Shown one piece after another: positions 63,701 to 64,000 of a stretch of DNA of 64,000 nt (positions are counted from its first letter, which is position 1; each line of letters begins with the position of its first letter). Origin of the DNA: an uncultured Thermoleophilia bacterium (GTDB lineage Bacteria; Actinomycetota; Thermoleophilia; UBA2241). The position numbers and the translations under genes are program-made. The notes under the pieces are model-generated. The model was given only the letters and a program-made list of their open reading frames with translations. It was not told the origin of the DNA and made no database searches. The stretch covers positions 608,001-672,000 of the forward strand of contig CAVPCT010000005.1 of NCBI GenBank assembly GCA_963702475.1, given 5' to 3'.

Positions 63701-64000
63701 AGGAGAGGGTCTCAGGGGGGCGCTCCGCTCCTTCCGGACTGCCTTACGGCGGTCCTGCAGAGCCCCCTTCGACCCTCTCCTGCCCTTCCGCGACCGTCCC
63801 GGAAGCCGCGCTCACGAGCCCGCTCGTCGACGCGGCTTGCGGACCCGGCCGGGCGGGCGCGCCTTCGGCCGGCCCGCCCGGCGAGAGCCTGGCCGCGGTG
63901 GCGGAGGGGCCGCCGCGGCCGTACACCTCGCTCACGGACTTCATAGCGCGCACGCGCGTGGGTCGCGAGATCGCCGAGAACCTGGTACGCCTCGGCGCCT
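60784..64000 (+). CDS. dnaE2: Error-prone DNA polymerase III alpha, runs off the window
   Basis: Open frame from GTG 60784 to the end: HLHTHS, AVTDHEGLYG, ATNDVHY, GRGSAGNS, MPDVDIDF, YGFNKAHA, NNQPMGFYSP; LexA box upstream. Confidence 0.9.
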   Translation, partial: MSFVHLHTHSTFSFGDGACRIPEMAARAAELGMPALAVTDHEGLYGAVRFYQACKAAGVKPIIGVELTVEPAVGPGGRPWEPDLDHEPGAARGRCGEAREMMRDGVTRPTSAAAGAQGGQGVEGEQPPQAGYRAGRRSVTAHSAGPPKASPKGAERPPDAPCPPGAPSGYGAPNGHTPPFAALPSLAPDGHIRHLSAAATVPPAAANASGAGGHHLVLLAKDYAGWSNLCRIISAAHLEHPGEPPLARLATLAEHSGHLVALSACRRGEVWSRLLAGDAAGARAAASVLRGIFGRELFIELQHELLPDSGASLRALDLLAHELRLPTVATNDVHYTVKQDAGLHDVLAAEAANQPLPNPLGRKNAELYLKSPAQMRRLFQRYPEAYANAGRIAARCNLDLGLGRLLFPAYPLPPGETAFSLLWKRCFAGAAERYTPLTAEVTARLERELKVVEELGFAEYFLAVHDIVGFARSRGIYYSGRGSAGNSIVSYVLRVTDADPIANELLFERFLNPARSEMPDVDIDFCSARRDEVIQYIYERFGHDKVAMVATVNTVRAPSAVRIVSRAFGFTPDEINALSKRVPWGSAAKLGEMLEERPELADHEFRHPHFRRLVSVAERLSGFPAHLGTHLGGFILSRDPLTDRVPLQWAAKGVVVAQFDKDDVETLGLVKMDILALKMHSAIAEAVRRIEARTGEQVSAWELPRDDPKVYELIRSARTVGLFQLESSGQRNLATRLQERDFEDVIAAISLFRPGPLQAEMIAPFIRRRHGRDPVAVPHPAMERILRRTYGVIVYQEQVIEVAAAVAGFSLSEGDMLRRAMTHERSLEEMDEIGRTFVAKAMARGVAQDVAEEVFRQLRGFAAYGFNKAHAACFAIVCNASAWLKAHYPAEFYCGILNNQPMGFYSPRVVLNDARRFGLKVLPLDVNRSGEWFEVERGGRALRVGLAYVKEMSAAARQAIVEARGDGTAAAGQERVSGGRSAPSGLPYGGPAEPPSTLSCPSATVPEAALTSPLVDAACGPGRAGAPSAGPPGESLAAVAEGPPRPYTSLTDFIARTRVGREIAENLVRLGA
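61134..61275. repeat. Palindromic element copy 1, in frame inside dnaE2
   Basis: Ends gggcggacaggggg / ccccctgcccgccc (13/14 inverted match); core 61211-61257 matches the reverse complement of 63715-63760. Confidence 0.7.
63697..63785. repeat. Palindromic element copy 2 (inverted), in frame inside dnaE2
   Basis: Perfect 15-bp terminal inverted repeat gggcaggagagggtc / gaccctctcctgccc. Confidence 0.75.

Overview
Very GC-rich bacterial DNA. The Gram-positive-type LexA box and dnaE2 suggest an anaerobic actinobacterium (inference). Single-base frameshifts are common and concentrated in 10.7-21.3 kb, as expected from an incompletely polished long-read assembly, so several genes were rebuilt across ORF fragments. 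Layout: (1) 1-8.4 kb, housekeeping: P1/DmpA peptidase, CPA2 antiporter, macro-domain protein, EamA, MFS, sdhCDAB. (2) 8.5-21.4 kb, accessory/defence-like island: a coupled four-gene operon encoding a large Zn-ribbon/TPR protein, an HPD-less J-like protein, a GrpE-like protein and a divergent Hsp70, abutting a truncated SNF2 helicase; then a PIN-GNAT-(EVE-like)/ASCH/HhH-glycosylase module, HicAB-like and MazEF toxin-antitoxin pairs and a P-II remnant. (3) 21.5-40.7 kb, redox cluster: four tandem ferredoxin/AOR-family tungsto(molybdo)enzyme pairs, an NrfD anchor, two MoaD/SAMP proteins, a HydABC-like bifurcating-type module, aldehyde dehydrogenase, TetR and an amine dehydrogenase-like gene. (4) 41-48.6 kb, partner-switching signalling cluster. 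(5) lon/hsp20, DEDD-UvrC fusion, two orphan peptide-binding proteins, CDF, HAD. (6) LexA-boxed DUF6504-dnaE2; dnaE2 carries two related palindromic elements inserted in frame. Best novelty candidates: the non-canonical Hsp70/J/GrpE/TPR cassette, the PIN-GNAT/ASCH/glycosylase module, the in-frame palindromes in dnaE2 and the multi-AOR array. No rRNA, tRNA, CRISPR array, integrase or transposase was recognised.
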